A stretch of DNA of 44,096 nucleotides from Phormidesmis sp. GTDB lineage: Bacteria > Cyanobacteriota > Cyanobacteriia > Phormidesmidales > Phormidesmidaceae. Below the pieces are notes generated by a model that was not told where the DNA came from, ran no database searches, and saw only the letters and a list, made by a program, of their open reading frames with translations. Every line of letters starts with the position of its first letter. Position 1 is the first letter of the stretch. Below are positions 10,501 through 19,614 of the stretch, one piece after another. Both the position numbers and the translations under genes were made by a program. The stretch spans positions 1 through 44,096 of the forward strand of contig JBGTIK010000072.1 in the NCBI GenBank assembly GCA_041745715.1, written 5' to 3'.

Positions 10501-13500
10501 AGTCCGGTGCTGCGATCGCGGGGGATTCGCCCAATTCGCGTTACTCCCGGGAAAGACTTTCAGCAGATCCAGCCCGACCAGTACGAGATAGACCTCAGTC
10601 AAGACAACCCTTTTCAGCCCTTGCTAACTGCCCTGAAGGCTGTGGCTCAAAACGGCAGGGTTTCCTCCAAGGAAACTAGGGAAACTAGCCATCCCCTGAC
10701 TGAAATTCTCTATATCGCCCCCGTCAGCCCTCTGGAAGAGGCTAAGGCTTGGCCTGACCGGGTCGCCGAACCGGTGTTAGCACTGCTCAAGGCTTTAGTG
10801 GCCAACTCGGATCAACCCTATCTTAGGCTTTGGCTCATCACCCAAGGGGCTCAATCCGTGGGGGCTAGTGACCCGGTCGTGGCTCCGCCCCAGGCGATTC
10901 TCTGGGGTCTGGGCCGCACCCTGCGCCTAGAGCATCCCGAACTCTGGGGTGGTCTTATCGACTTCCCCTTCGCTTGTCTATCCCCCCATCCATCCCCAGA
11001 GAAGACGATTATCCCCGATCTGGTCAACCACATCCTGGGCCAGGATGGAGAAGACGAAATCGCGCTGCGACTTGGCCAGTGTTGGGTGCCTCGCTTGCAG
11101 CGGATCGATTTGGAGCCCGATACTGAAACCGCCGTGATCGCAGAGCTACCGATTCAGGCGGAGGCCACCTACCTAATTACCGGCGGCACGGGTGGTCTGG
11201 GGCTGCGGCTGGCCCGTTGGCTGGTTGAGCAGGGGGCACGTACCCTGGTGCTGGTGAGCCGGCGGCGGCCAAAGGCAGAGGTCGAAGCGGCTTTGGCGCT
11301 GCTGCGCCAGGCGGGAGCCACGGTGTGGGTCGAAGCGGTGGATGTGGGCGATCGCGCCGCCCTCTCTGCTTTAATGCACCGTATCCAGGCTCAGTTGCCG
11401 CCGCTGCGGGGGTTGCTGCACGCCGCTGGTACCCTGGCCGATGGTTCTTTGATCAATCAATCCCTGGAGCAGTTCCGGCGGGTCATGCCGGCCAAACTTC
11501 AGGGTGCCTGGCACCTGCACCAGCTCACCCAGTCCCTCTCCCTCGATTGGTTTGTGCTGTTTTCCTCCGTTACCTCCCTGTTAGGCTCCCCTGGTCAGGG
11601 CAACTACGCCGCCGCCAATGCTGGCCTCGACGCCCTGGCCTACCATCGCCACCAGCAGGGTCTGACCGCCCTCAGCCTCAGCTGGGGCCCCTGGCAGGAG
11701 GTGGGCATGGCCGTAGAACAACAGACCACCGCTACCACCTGGAGCCAGCGGGGTATGGTGCCCCTGTCTGTGGCCGAGGGGTTGCAATGGCTGGGTACGG
11801 TGCTACGTCGAGGGGCCGCCCTGACCTCCCCCCATCTAGGCATCGCTAACCTGGACTGGGCCAAGCTGCTGCGCTATCTGCCCACTGCCACACCGCCCCC
11901 CATCCTGTCCACAATGGTGGCTTCCGCGACCTTGCCAACGGCTGAGGATCCGGTTGAGATTACCGGATCCTCAGCCCGATCTCGCTTGCCGCACCTGTTG
12001 GCGCTCTCTGAAGCAGAGCGGGTGGCTGAGCTGAAAGCCTATTTCCAAAGCCAAGTAGCTACGGTGACCGGGCTGAAGCAGAACGTGCCGGTCGAGGCTA
12101 TCCTGTTAGATTTGGGCTTCGATTCACTGATGACAATGGATTTGCTGGCCCTCTGCAAGCAAGACCTAGAACTGGTGCTCTACCCCCGCGAGGTATTAGC
12201 CCATCCTACTGTGGCTGATTTGGCAGCCTATGTGGCTAGTGAGTTAGTTCGCATTCACCAGCCTGCTACCCTAGAGGATGCGGAGCAGTGGGAGGATACG
12301 TCTGCTCTGGCACACACACCTTGGCAGCCTCCTGCCCCGCTGCATCCTCTGCCGACCCACCGAAATCCAGCTATGGGTTTTCTGCTGTCAGCGCCGCGAT
12401 CAGGGTCAACCCTACTACGGGTGATGCTAGCCGGACATCCCGGTTTGTTTTGCCCACCAGAGCTACATTTACTGCCCTTTAACACCCTGGCGGCCCAGCA
12501 AACAGCCCTGGGCCACAGCTACCTGCAAGAGGGTCTGCAGCGGGCGGTGATGGAACTACTTCAGGTGGATGCCCATCAGGCCCAGACCCTGCTGAATGAG
12601 TGGCGCGAGCATGAAACTACAACTCCGGTGGTGTACGACAAACTCCAGCAAATGGCCGGTGGGCGGCTCCTGGTCGATAAATCCCCCACCTATGGCCTGA
12701 GCCTAGAAACCCTGCACCGGGCTGAGCAAATCTTTGAGAGAGCTAAGTACATTCACTTGGTGCGGCACCCCTACGCGGTTCTCGACTCCTTTGTGCAAAA
12801 CCGGATGCATAAGATCTTTGACTTGGAGCCTGCCGACCCCTATCGGCTGGCGGAACAGGTGTGGCAAACCTGTAATAAAAATATTCTGGCGTTTCTCAAG
12901 ACAGTGGATCGCGATCGCCACTACTTTTTGCGGTATGAGGATCTGGTGGTAGATCCAGAAGCCACCATGCGCGACCTCTGCGACTTTCTGGGATTGCCCT
13001 TTGACCCGGCGGTACTGACCCCCTACGAAGGACGCCGCATGACCGATGGCGTAAGCGCTCAATCTCTGGCGGTGGATGACCCCAACTTCCGGCGACGTAG
13101 CAAAATTGAGGCTCACTTGGCCAGTGCGTGGCAGTCAATTCAGCTCCCTCATACACTCCGGTGGGCCAACCAACAACTAGCGGATCAATTTGGCTATGCG
13201 CTGCCGCGAGAACAATCCGTAGAAACTGCGTTAGCTTCCCCGGCGGCTCTTCCTACACCTTTGCCCGCCGACTACACTCCCCTCGCGGCGATGACCGAAG
13301 ATTGGGTGACGGTTCGGGGACGGCGGTATTACCTCTGTCACTGGGGGCCGCAAGATGGGCCACGGGTGCTCTGTCTCCACGGCATTTTGGAGCATGGCGC
13401 TGCCTGGGACGGGGTGGCCTTTACTTTGGCCCAGCAGGGCTATCATGTGATCGCCCCAGATCTACGAGGGCACGGGCGCTCAGAACACGCTGGCCCTGAT

Positions 13501-14208
13501 GGTGGCTACCAAATGCTCGATTTCTTGGGCGATCTGGATCAGCTGACCCAGATCCTGGGGCCTGAACCTTTGATGATGGTGGGGCATTCCATGGGGGCCG
13601 TGCTGGCGGCGATTTTAACCAGCCTGCGGCCAGAGCGGATCTCTCGTCTGGTGCTGGTAGAGCCGGTAGTGCCCGCCAGTAATCTAGCAGTAGATATTAC
13701 AGCTCAGTTAGCGACCCAGCTGGATGCTCTGGCGACTCCCCCCAGTCGGGTGGTTTTACCCTCTTTGGCGGCAGCGGTGCAGCGGCTGCGATCGCTAAAA
13801 CCTACCCTCTCGCCCCAGGCGGCCCAAATACTAGCAAAACGCCTGACTGTGGATACTGACGATGGCGTTAGCTGGCGGTTAGACCCTCGCCTGCAAACTC
13901 GCACCACCTTGAGCCTGAGCGGTGGCCTGCTTGATCGCCAGGGCTACGGGCAACTGTTACAGACCATCCAAGTGCCGAGTACTCTGGTGCTGGGACGCGA
14001 CAGCCAGTTCAACCGCCCAGAAGATCGGCAACTGTTACAAACCAGCCTGGCCCAGGCAACTCGGTTTACCCTACCCGGGGGCCACGACCTGCCTACCGAC
14101 GACCCCGGAGGGTTGGCTCAGATCATCCTGGCGGCGATCGCTCTTGAACCGCGATCTAACTCGTCGGAGACTGCGCCTACCACCATTGCTCCGGAACCTA
14201 GCCTATGA
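7555..14208 (+). CDS. ols: Type I PKS module KS-AT-KR-ACP-ST-TE (olefin synthase / CurM-like decarboxylative termination)
   Basis: KS DTACSSS, HGTGT, KSNIGH; AT GHSVG plus HAFH (malonyl-type); KR GGTGGLG, YAAAN; ACP GFDSL; sulfotransferase PRSGSTLL, DKSP; TE GHSMG...VEP...GGH. GTG 7555 follows RBS AAGGAG at 7542. Confidence 0.92.
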   Translation: MNDLARRIDNLSPEQRLLLAVQLGDARGVPEPIAIIGMGCRFPGAPNLRAYWQLLTQGQDAICEVPRDRWPLDDFYDADPTQPGKHYCRQGGFLDQIDQFDPEFFGIAPREAAYIDPQQRLLLEVMWEALEDAAIVPQDLSGTKTGVFVGASTLDYGQLLLQQNDQIGAYTTTGLATTMLANRISYLLNFQGPSLSVDTACSSSLVAVHLACQSLWRGESSLALVGGVNVMVTPSLTIGFSKLTALSPDGRCKAFDAAANGFVRAEGAGTVVLKPLSQALAQGDRIYALIRGGAINQDGRTNGLTAPNRESQEQVLRDAYRQARVPLAQVSYIEAHGTGTLLGDPIEAKALGNVFSPTHAEGQPIHIGSVKSNIGHTEAAAGIASLIKVALSLQHQTWVPNLHFHQPNPYILFDRLPLQVQTETQPWPEFSKHAIAGVSSFGFGCTNAHMVLQAPPPISAIDLDLERPSHLLTLSARSETALRSLANQYLDLLPELPEQDLANLCYTANTGRTGFNYRLAARVATPAALQSALAVFAGGVATDTAKTLQTALPGPGKAPAVVWLFTGQGSQYPGMGQLLYQTQPVFRAALERCDEILRAYLDRPLLTILYPDASEDGLIHQTNYTQPALFALEYALAQLWLSWGVQPAAVLGHSVGEYVAACVAGVFSLEDGLRLIAKRGQLMQSLPASGMMAAVMADAETVAQVIASWGDEVAIATLNGPHNTVIAGLREDVEPRLEEFAHRQIAVTPLAVSHAFHSSQMEPILNVFEHVAHQIAFQTPRIPLVTNLTGTYLAPGETLDATYWRRHARQPVRFAEGMVALHEQGYTHFLEIGPHPVLSRLGPQCLPAARDGCWLPSLRRQRDDWAVLGQSLQKLYLDGVLINWQGFDQPYPRHKLALPTYPFQRQRYWVDLPIASQPIAAQPVAQIGALASTDGVPTPEPTSRSAAYSITWQPQSRPAPTAKPRAGAWLMMGDSDDLWPHLSPVLRSRGIRPIRVTPGKDFQQIQPDQYEIDLSQDNPFQPLLTALKAVAQNGRVSSKETRETSHPLTEILYIAPVSPLEEAKAWPDRVAEPVLALLKALVANSDQPYLRLWLITQGAQSVGASDPVVAPPQAILWGLGRTLRLEHPELWGGLIDFPFACLSPHPSPEKTIIPDLVNHILGQDGEDEIALRLGQCWVPRLQRIDLEPDTETAVIAELPIQAEATYLITGGTGGLGLRLARWLVEQGARTLVLVSRRRPKAEVEAALALLRQAGATVWVEAVDVGDRAALSALMHRIQAQLPPLRGLLHAAGTLADGSLINQSLEQFRRVMPAKLQGAWHLHQLTQSLSLDWFVLFSSVTSLLGSPGQGNYAAANAGLDALAYHRHQQGLTALSLSWGPWQEVGMAVEQQTTATTWSQRGMVPLSVAEGLQWLGTVLRRGAALTSPHLGIANLDWAKLLRYLPTATPPPILSTMVASATLPTAEDPVEITGSSARSRLPHLLALSEAERVAELKAYFQSQVATVTGLKQNVPVEAILLDLGFDSLMTMDLLALCKQDLELVLYPREVLAHPTVADLAAYVASELVRIHQPATLEDAEQWEDTSALAHTPWQPPAPLHPLPTHRNPAMGFLLSAPRSGSTLLRVMLAGHPGLFCPPELHLLPFNTLAAQQTALGHSYLQEGLQRAVMELLQVDAHQAQTLLNEWREHETTTPVVYDKLQQMAGGRLLVDKSPTYGLSLETLHRAEQIFERAKYIHLVRHPYAVLDSFVQNRMHKIFDLEPADPYRLAEQVWQTCNKNILAFLKTVDRDRHYFLRYEDLVVDPEATMRDLCDFLGLPFDPAVLTPYEGRRMTDGVSAQSLAVDDPNFRRRSKIEAHLASAWQSIQLPHTLRWANQQLADQFGYALPREQSVETALASPAALPTPLPADYTPLAAMTEDWVTVRGRRYYLCHWGPQDGPRVLCLHGILEHGAAWDGVAFTLAQQGYHVIAPDLRGHGRSEHAGPDGGYQMLDFLGDLDQLTQILGPEPLMMVGHSMGAVLAAILTSLRPERISRLVLVEPVVPASNLAVDITAQLATQLDALATPPSRVVLPSLAAAVQRLRSLKPTLSPQAAQILAKRLTVDTDDGVSWRLDPRLQTRTTLSLSGGLLDRQGYGQLLQTIQVPSTLVLGRDSQFNRPEDRQLLQTSLAQATRFTLPGGHDLPTDDPGGLAQIILAAIALEPRSNSSETAPTTIAPEPSL

Positions 14209-15140
14209 CCCTTCTAACCTCGCTCGCTCCTCTCTGGGAAATTCCCCTAGGTCTGATTTCCTTTGGGTTTTCTCGCCTGGTTAAGGGCGTTCTGACCCTA
14301 GTCAGCCGCTACTACAATCCCAATAATGCCAAGGCCAAACCCGACTGGCAGGTGGTCTCCGCCGATTTTCTGAAGTCGCCGCTGCAGCTGCTGTGGACCA
14401 TGAGTCGGGCCCGCTGGAATTTGCATTCCCTGATTGCGATCGCAGGTCCCTTCACCGTCACGAGTCGCCTCACGATAGACGTCAACTTCCTCTGGAAATC
14501 GGCTCCCTCCTGGACGGCGGTAATCTATACCCTCAAAGGCTATAAAACCATCACCAGCATTGGTTCCCTCACCATTCCCCCCGACCAACCTAGCGCCACC
14601 ATTGAGCTGCCACCGGGGCGCTATCTGGTGGGCCTGCGCCACTACGACTGGAATAACCCGGTAGAATTACCCGCTATCTCCGTAGATGACACCCTCGCCC
14701 TGACCTCCCAGACCCTAGCAGCACCCTCAGATTTCAACCAGTTCTACCGCCAGTTGGCTACCCGACGGGGGCTTCTATACAGTTGCTTAAACTTCTACGT
14801 CTATCCCCTGCTACGCTGGCTAAAATGGCTGCCGTCATCCATCGTTAAACCTATTTTTCTGCCTGTTCCCAACCCCGAAACCCATTTTTTCTATGGCGCT
14901 CTAGACCGGGGCAAGCAGCTCACCCTCAATCTGCCCCCAGCCCTACGAAATACCCACAGCCTTTATTTCAGCCTCTACAGCCGCGACTGCTTCCCGATGG
15001 ATTGGTACCCAATTACTACCGACCATCACACCACCATGCCTATGCCTGAACAGGCGGTCTATATCCTGCGGGTGCATCCTAAAACACCAGAGGCTATGGC
15101 TACGGCCAAGCCCGCCATTCAGTTTTCAACCCAAAGATAA
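14205..15140 (+). CDS. Uncharacterised OLS-associated protein (DUF6208-like)
   Basis: 311 aa; start overlaps the PKS stop (ATGA); WEIPL, RWNLHSLIA and FLPVPNPETHFFYG blocks. Family name from memory. Confidence 0.65.
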   Translation: MTLLTSLAPLWEIPLGLISFGFSRLVKGVLTLVSRYYNPNNAKAKPDWQVVSADFLKSPLQLLWTMSRARWNLHSLIAIAGPFTVTSRLTIDVNFLWKSAPSWTAVIYTLKGYKTITSIGSLTIPPDQPSATIELPPGRYLVGLRHYDWNNPVELPAISVDDTLALTSQTLAAPSDFNQFYRQLATRRGLLYSCLNFYVYPLLRWLKWLPSSIVKPIFLPVPNPETHFFYGALDRGKQLTLNLPPALRNTHSLYFSLYSRDCFPMDWYPITTDHHTTMPMPEQAVYILRVHPKTPEAMATAKPAIQFSTQR

Positions 15141-15228
15141 CAGCTATCTGTCATACTTATCGCCTTGTCACAGAGGCCCAAATTTCTAAGGCCGATCATT
15201 GCGAACTACCCTATTACGACCATAAAAA

Positions 15229-16143
15229 ATGAGGCCATACTCTCTATTTACTCTCGCTTCCTATAGAATCATTGGCCCGTTACAGATAATTGTCTGTCAC
15301 ATAGGATCATTGCTTGTCTTAATGACTGGACTGTCGTGGGGTTCTGCTCTATGGATTGTCATGCTTTACCTTGGCCGTATGATGGCAACAACTGGTATTT
15401 ATCATCGGCTTATTACCCACAAATCCTATCAGGCTCCTTCTCTAGTTAAATGGGTGGGTTGTATTGTGGCCGCATCGGCGGGGCAAATGGGCCCAAGTTG
15501 GTGGAAGGCCCACCATTTGGCACATCATCAACATACCGATCAAGCTCTAGACAACCACTCTCCTCATACTCCGAGTCAAGGCATTAAAGGATTTTTGTGG
15601 TCTCAAGGAGGTTGGTTATTAACTCAGCGAAACTTTCCCACCAAACTGCCAAATGATATTGAAAGTGACCTGGTTTTAAAGCTTATTGACCGATTGCATT
15701 TTATTCCTCTTATTGCCCTAGGGGCTATCTCCTATTTCCTTGGCGGAATCGAGTATCTCGGGGCCTTCTTCCTCAGCACAACCCTTCTTTTCCATGGTGT
15801 TCAAACTGTGAATTCTCTTGCCCACATCATGGGCGAGCAGCCATTTGCTACCAATGACCAAAGCCGAAACAATGGATTTGTGGCGTCTATTGCATTGGGT
15901 GAAGGCTGGCATAATATGCATCACGCTTTTCAGGCGTCTAGCCGCCAGGGCATTACGATTCGCGATGGTAAGGTTGTTTATCTTCCTGACCCCACCTTTA
16001 GGTTTCTGAAAATGCTGGAGTTTTGGGGGTTAGCCTCAAAGCTCAGAGTGCCTGCCGAAGCCGAACTGCTGGCCCGCGCCAGGCATCCAAATTCCCAGTA
16101 TGCAGAATTACCGGTGATGGCCAAACCATCGGTAAATTCTTGA
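15229..16143 (+). CDS. Membrane fatty-acid desaturase (delta-9/DesC-like family)
   Basis: Three His boxes HRLITH, HHLAHH, WHNMHH; hydrophobic segments; TNDQSRNN...GEGWHN motif. Confidence 0.9.
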   Translation: MRPYSLFTLASYRIIGPLQIIVCHIGSLLVLMTGLSWGSALWIVMLYLGRMMATTGIYHRLITHKSYQAPSLVKWVGCIVAASAGQMGPSWWKAHHLAHHQHTDQALDNHSPHTPSQGIKGFLWSQGGWLLTQRNFPTKLPNDIESDLVLKLIDRLHFIPLIALGAISYFLGGIEYLGAFFLSTTLLFHGVQTVNSLAHIMGEQPFATNDQSRNNGFVASIALGEGWHNMHHAFQASSRQGITIRDGKVVYLPDPTFRFLKMLEFWGLASKLRVPAEAELLARARHPNSQYAELPVMAKPSVNS

Positions 16144-16291
16144 GGTATGGCGGAGCGAGAAGCTAGGAGCGCACATTCCGCAGGTTGGACGAGGAAGTGA
16201 AGTAATTTAATCGCTACTGATTTTTGGGCCACTTACCCCCGATAGATATTCAAGACCTAGGCCACCTCGGTATCATCGCAGGCAGTATAAA

Positions 16292-16339
16292 TTTGGTGAA
16301 GCCTCGGTGCAACATAGCTTTAGGCCGCTGCTGATATGA
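16292..16339 (+). pseudogene. aar: Putative remnant of the acyl-ACP reductase (aar) 3' end
   Basis: Translates FGEASVQHSFRPLLI*, close to the recalled AAR C-terminus IGEASVRHGFQPL; lies 90 bp upstream of accA, the usual aar position. Confidence 0.65.
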
Positions 16340-16429
16340 AATTTATAGTGCTGATAGGGGTCTAGATGAGCGGACTGAATCGGCCATAGGCTAATCTAGA
16401 TCTACCCCCTACTGAGCTTTGTATCCCCT

Positions 16430-17404
16430 ATGGCAACGACTGAACGGAAGCCAATTTTGCTGGATTTTGAGAAGCCTTTAGCTGAGCTAGAGGCCCGAAT
16501 TACGCAAATTCGTGAATTGGCTGAAGACAATGATGTCGATGTTTCTGATCAGATTTATCAGCTAGAGTCGCGGGCGCAGCAGCTGCGGCAGGAAATTTTT
16601 ACCAGCCTATCGCCTGCTCAGCGAATTCAGGTGGCGCGGCATCCGCGTCGGCCCAGCACGCTGGACTATATTCAGGCGATTAGCGATGAGTGGATAGAGC
16701 TGCATGGCGATCGCCGCTCCGGCAAAGATGACTTGGCTTTAGTCGGCGGTATTGCTCGCTTTCAAGGCAGGCCGGTGATGATGCTGGGCCATCAAAAAGG
16801 TCGCGATACCAAAGACAACGTGGCCCGTAATTTTGGGATGCCGGTGCCCGGTGGCTATCGCAAGGCCATGCGGCTGATGGAACATGCCAATCGGTTTGGG
16901 ATGCCGATTATGACTTTTATCGATACGCCGGGGGCTTGGCCAGGATTTGAAGCCGAAGAAATGGGCCAGGGCGAGGCCATTGCCTATAACCTCAGAGAAA
17001 TGTTTCGCCTAGATGTGCCAATTATTTGCACCGTGATTGGCGAAGGCGGATCGGGCGGTGCGCTCGGTATTGGGGTAGGCGATCGCCTGATGATGTTCGA
17101 GCATTCGGTTTACTACGTGGCTAGCCCTGAAGCCTGTGCCAGCATTTTGTGGAAGGATGCTGGCCGCGCGGCGCAAGCCGCTGAAGCGCTCAAAGTCACT
17201 GCCTGGGATTTAAAGAATCTAGGCATTCTCGATCAGCTTTTACCAGAGCCAATTGGCGGGGCTCATGCGGCCCCGATTGAGGCGGCTGATACGCTCCAGC
17301 AGGCCCTAGCGCAGAACCTAAACGTATTGCTAGAGCTAAGTCCAGAGCAGCGGCGATCACAGCGCTATGACAAGTTTCGTCAAATCGGAGTGTTTTCGGG
17401 GTGA
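16430..17404 (+). CDS. accA: Acetyl-CoA carboxylase carboxyltransferase alpha
   Basis: [38 protein letters not shown]. Confidence 0.98.
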   Translation: MATTERKPILLDFEKPLAELEARITQIRELAEDNDVDVSDQIYQLESRAQQLRQEIFTSLSPAQRIQVARHPRRPSTLDYIQAISDEWIELHGDRRSGKDDLALVGGIARFQGRPVMMLGHQKGRDTKDNVARNFGMPVPGGYRKAMRLMEHANRFGMPIMTFIDTPGAWPGFEAEEMGQGEAIAYNLREMFRLDVPIICTVIGEGGSGGALGIGVGDRLMMFEHSVYYVASPEACASILWKDAGRAAQAAEALKVTAWDLKNLGILDQLLPEPIGGAHAAPIEAADTLQQALAQNLNVLLELSPEQRRSQRYDKFRQIGVFSG

Positions 17405-18111
17405 TCGCGCTAATTACCGGCGCGAGTTCTGGCATTGGACGAGCGATCGCCATCGAATTTGCGAAAGCCGGTTTTGATTTGGCCTTAGTCGCTAGATCGA
17501 CCGACCGGCTGACCGATTTGGCTCAATCTCTAAATGCCTTAGGAATCAGCGCCCAAGGGTTTACGATTGATTTATCTGACGTGGGGCAGGTGCGAGCACA
17601 AATTGCCGAAGTCATTGCTCAAATCGGCCCGATTGATGTGCTGATTAACAATGCGGGTATGGGCTACACCGGCAGCTTAATAGAGATGCCGCTAGCCGAT
17701 TGGCAGCAGGTAATGGCGCTGAATGTGACGAGTGTGTTTCAGGTGGTACAAGCGGTTTTGCCCGGTATGCGGCAGCGAGCGAGCGGGCTAATTATCAATA
17801 TTGCTTCGATTGCTGCGCAGCAATCGTTTGAGCAGTGGGGCGCGTATGGGGTGAGTAAGGCGGCGCTAGCAGCTTTGACCGCAGCGATCGCCACTGAAGA
17901 ATCAGCCTACGGCATTCGCGCCGTCACGCTATTTTTAGGGGCAGTAGATACGCCACTTTGGGACAGCGCCACCGTGCAGGTCAAGCTAGATCGCACCGCG
18001 ATGCTCTCTTGCCAAACCGTTGCTCAAACCGTTCTGCACACTGCCCTTTTGCCGCCGGATGCCGTGATTTCTCAACTGACGCTCACGCCTAGCCAAGGCG
18101 CGTTAAGTTAA
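17401..18111 (+). CDS. SDR family oxidoreductase
   Basis: [17 protein letters not shown]; GTG start overlaps the accA stop; conserved accA-SDR-folE order. Confidence 0.93.
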   Translation: MIALITGASSGIGRAIAIEFAKAGFDLALVARSTDRLTDLAQSLNALGISAQGFTIDLSDVGQVRAQIAEVIAQIGPIDVLINNAGMGYTGSLIEMPLADWQQVMALNVTSVFQVVQAVLPGMRQRASGLIINIASIAAQQSFEQWGAYGVSKAALAALTAAIATEESAYGIRAVTLFLGAVDTPLWDSATVQVKLDRTAMLSCQTVAQTVLHTALLPPDAVISQLTLTPSQGALS

Positions 18112-18175
18112 GGCTCCCCTGGTTGATAGCTGATAATAACTAATTTAAACCATTGATTTTTGGAAACACCTTTAT

Positions 18176-18958
18176 ATGACTATTTCGGATGGGACGGCAG
18201 ACCGGACGGCGGCGAGTGGCGCAGATTTAACAGATTTAAACAATGGCCTGAGTAATGGCCTGAGTAATAGCTTAAGTGAGCGCGTTCTGGGCACGAACCA
18301 AAAGCCCAAAAGCCGCCCTGATCGACAAACCAAGCATGGCCAGTCAACTTCGCCTCAGCCCTCGGCTATCGATCCGACTCAAGACAATGGCCCGATGATG
18401 GAAGCAGTGCGCACCATGCTGCTTTCTGTCGGCGAAGATCCTGAGCGTGAAGGGCTGCTCAAAACGCCTCACCGCGTCGCCGAGGCCATGCGCTTTTTGA
18501 CCCAAGGCTATTCGCAATCGCTCGAAACCATTGTCAATGACGCCATTTTTGATGAAGGTCACAATGAAATGGTGCTCGTTCGCGATATTACTTTCTTTAG
18601 CCTGTGTGAGCATCACATGCTGCCGTTTATGGGCCGCGCCCACGTCGCCTACATTCCTAATCAGCGGGTAGTGGGGCTCAGTAAGCTAGCTCGAATTGTG
18701 GAAATGTACGCCCGCCGGTTGCAAGTGCAAGAGCGGCTCAACCGTCAAATTGCCGAAGCCGTGCAGGAAATTTTAGATCCGTTAGGGGTTGCGGTGGTGA
18801 TGGAAGCAAGTCACATGTGTATGGCGATGCGAGGCGTGCAAAAGCCCGGATCTTGGACGGTGACGAGCGCGATGGTGGGCGTGTTTGATGAAGATGCCAA
18901 AACCCGAGAAGAATTTTTGAGCTTAATTCGCCATCAGCCGGGGTTTGCCAATTATTAA
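18176..18958 (+). CDS. folE: GTP cyclohydrolase I
   Basis: [41 protein letters not shown]. Confidence 0.97.
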   Translation: MTISDGTADRTAASGADLTDLNNGLSNGLSNSLSERVLGTNQKPKSRPDRQTKHGQSTSPQPSAIDPTQDNGPMMEAVRTMLLSVGEDPEREGLLKTPHRVAEAMRFLTQGYSQSLETIVNDAIFDEGHNEMVLVRDITFFSLCEHHMLPFMGRAHVAYIPNQRVVGLSKLARIVEMYARRLQVQERLNRQIAEAVQEILDPLGVAVVMEASHMCMAMRGVQKPGSWTVTSAMVGVFDEDAKTREEFLSLIRHQPGFANY

Positions 18959-19116
18959 AGGGTTAAGCGATCGCGCTATTCAATCATCTAGCTAAGATTA
19001 AATGGCTACAAATCTGTCTAACGGATTACTAGACTCGATAAATTCAGCTCTTCCTTTTTTGGAAAACCAGCGATAGAGTTGGGAATGTCAGCTTGCTTTT
19101 TATGTGAACTATCGTT

Positions 19117-19596
19117 ATGGCCACCTCTGCACCTGTCACTTCTGACCTCTCGAACATGCAAGATGAAAATAGCGAAACCTCTTTTGTCACTAGCTATGTA
19201 GAGGTGATTGAAACCGTCATTTCTAGCCTAGAGCAGGAGGGTACGGCGATGGTCAATCGCTCTGAAGATGGCTACCTTTGGAAGTTTCGCTACGGCACCG
19301 TAGATGTGTATGTGCAGCTTTCAGGCGAAACCGATGAGGACATGCTGACCACCTGGTCACCGGTGCATAAGCTGCCGGTGCAAAACGAAGCCCAGATGAT
19401 GCGCCGTTTGCTAGAGCTGAACTGCGGCAGCACGTTTGAAGCTTGCTTTGGTCTGCTCGATCAGCGCGTGGTGGTGTTTTCGACGCGCACGCTCAAAGAC
19501 ATTAATGCCAGTGAAATTTCGCGGCTGATGACGATTGTGGCCTCTATTGCCGATGAAAATGATGAAGTGCTGCTCACAGATTATCCAGCAGCTTAG
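19117..19596 (+). CDS. YbjN-domain protein
   Basis: YVEVIETVISSL...LWKFRYGTVDVYVQL...LLELN pattern of cyanobacterial YbjN-like proteins. Confidence 0.75.
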   Translation: MATSAPVTSDLSNMQDENSETSFVTSYVEVIETVISSLEQEGTAMVNRSEDGYLWKFRYGTVDVYVQLSGETDEDMLTTWSPVHKLPVQNEAQMMRRLLELNCGSTFEACFGLLDQRVVVFSTRTLKDINASEISRLMTIVASIADENDEVLLTDYPAA

Positions 19597-19614
19597 TTTA
19601 ACGCTCTCCTAACG

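Noticed and set aside
5056-14642. Many alternative-frame and antisense ORFs inside the FAAL, PKS and downstream genes
   Set aside because: Shadow ORFs of GC-rich coding sequence with no motifs.
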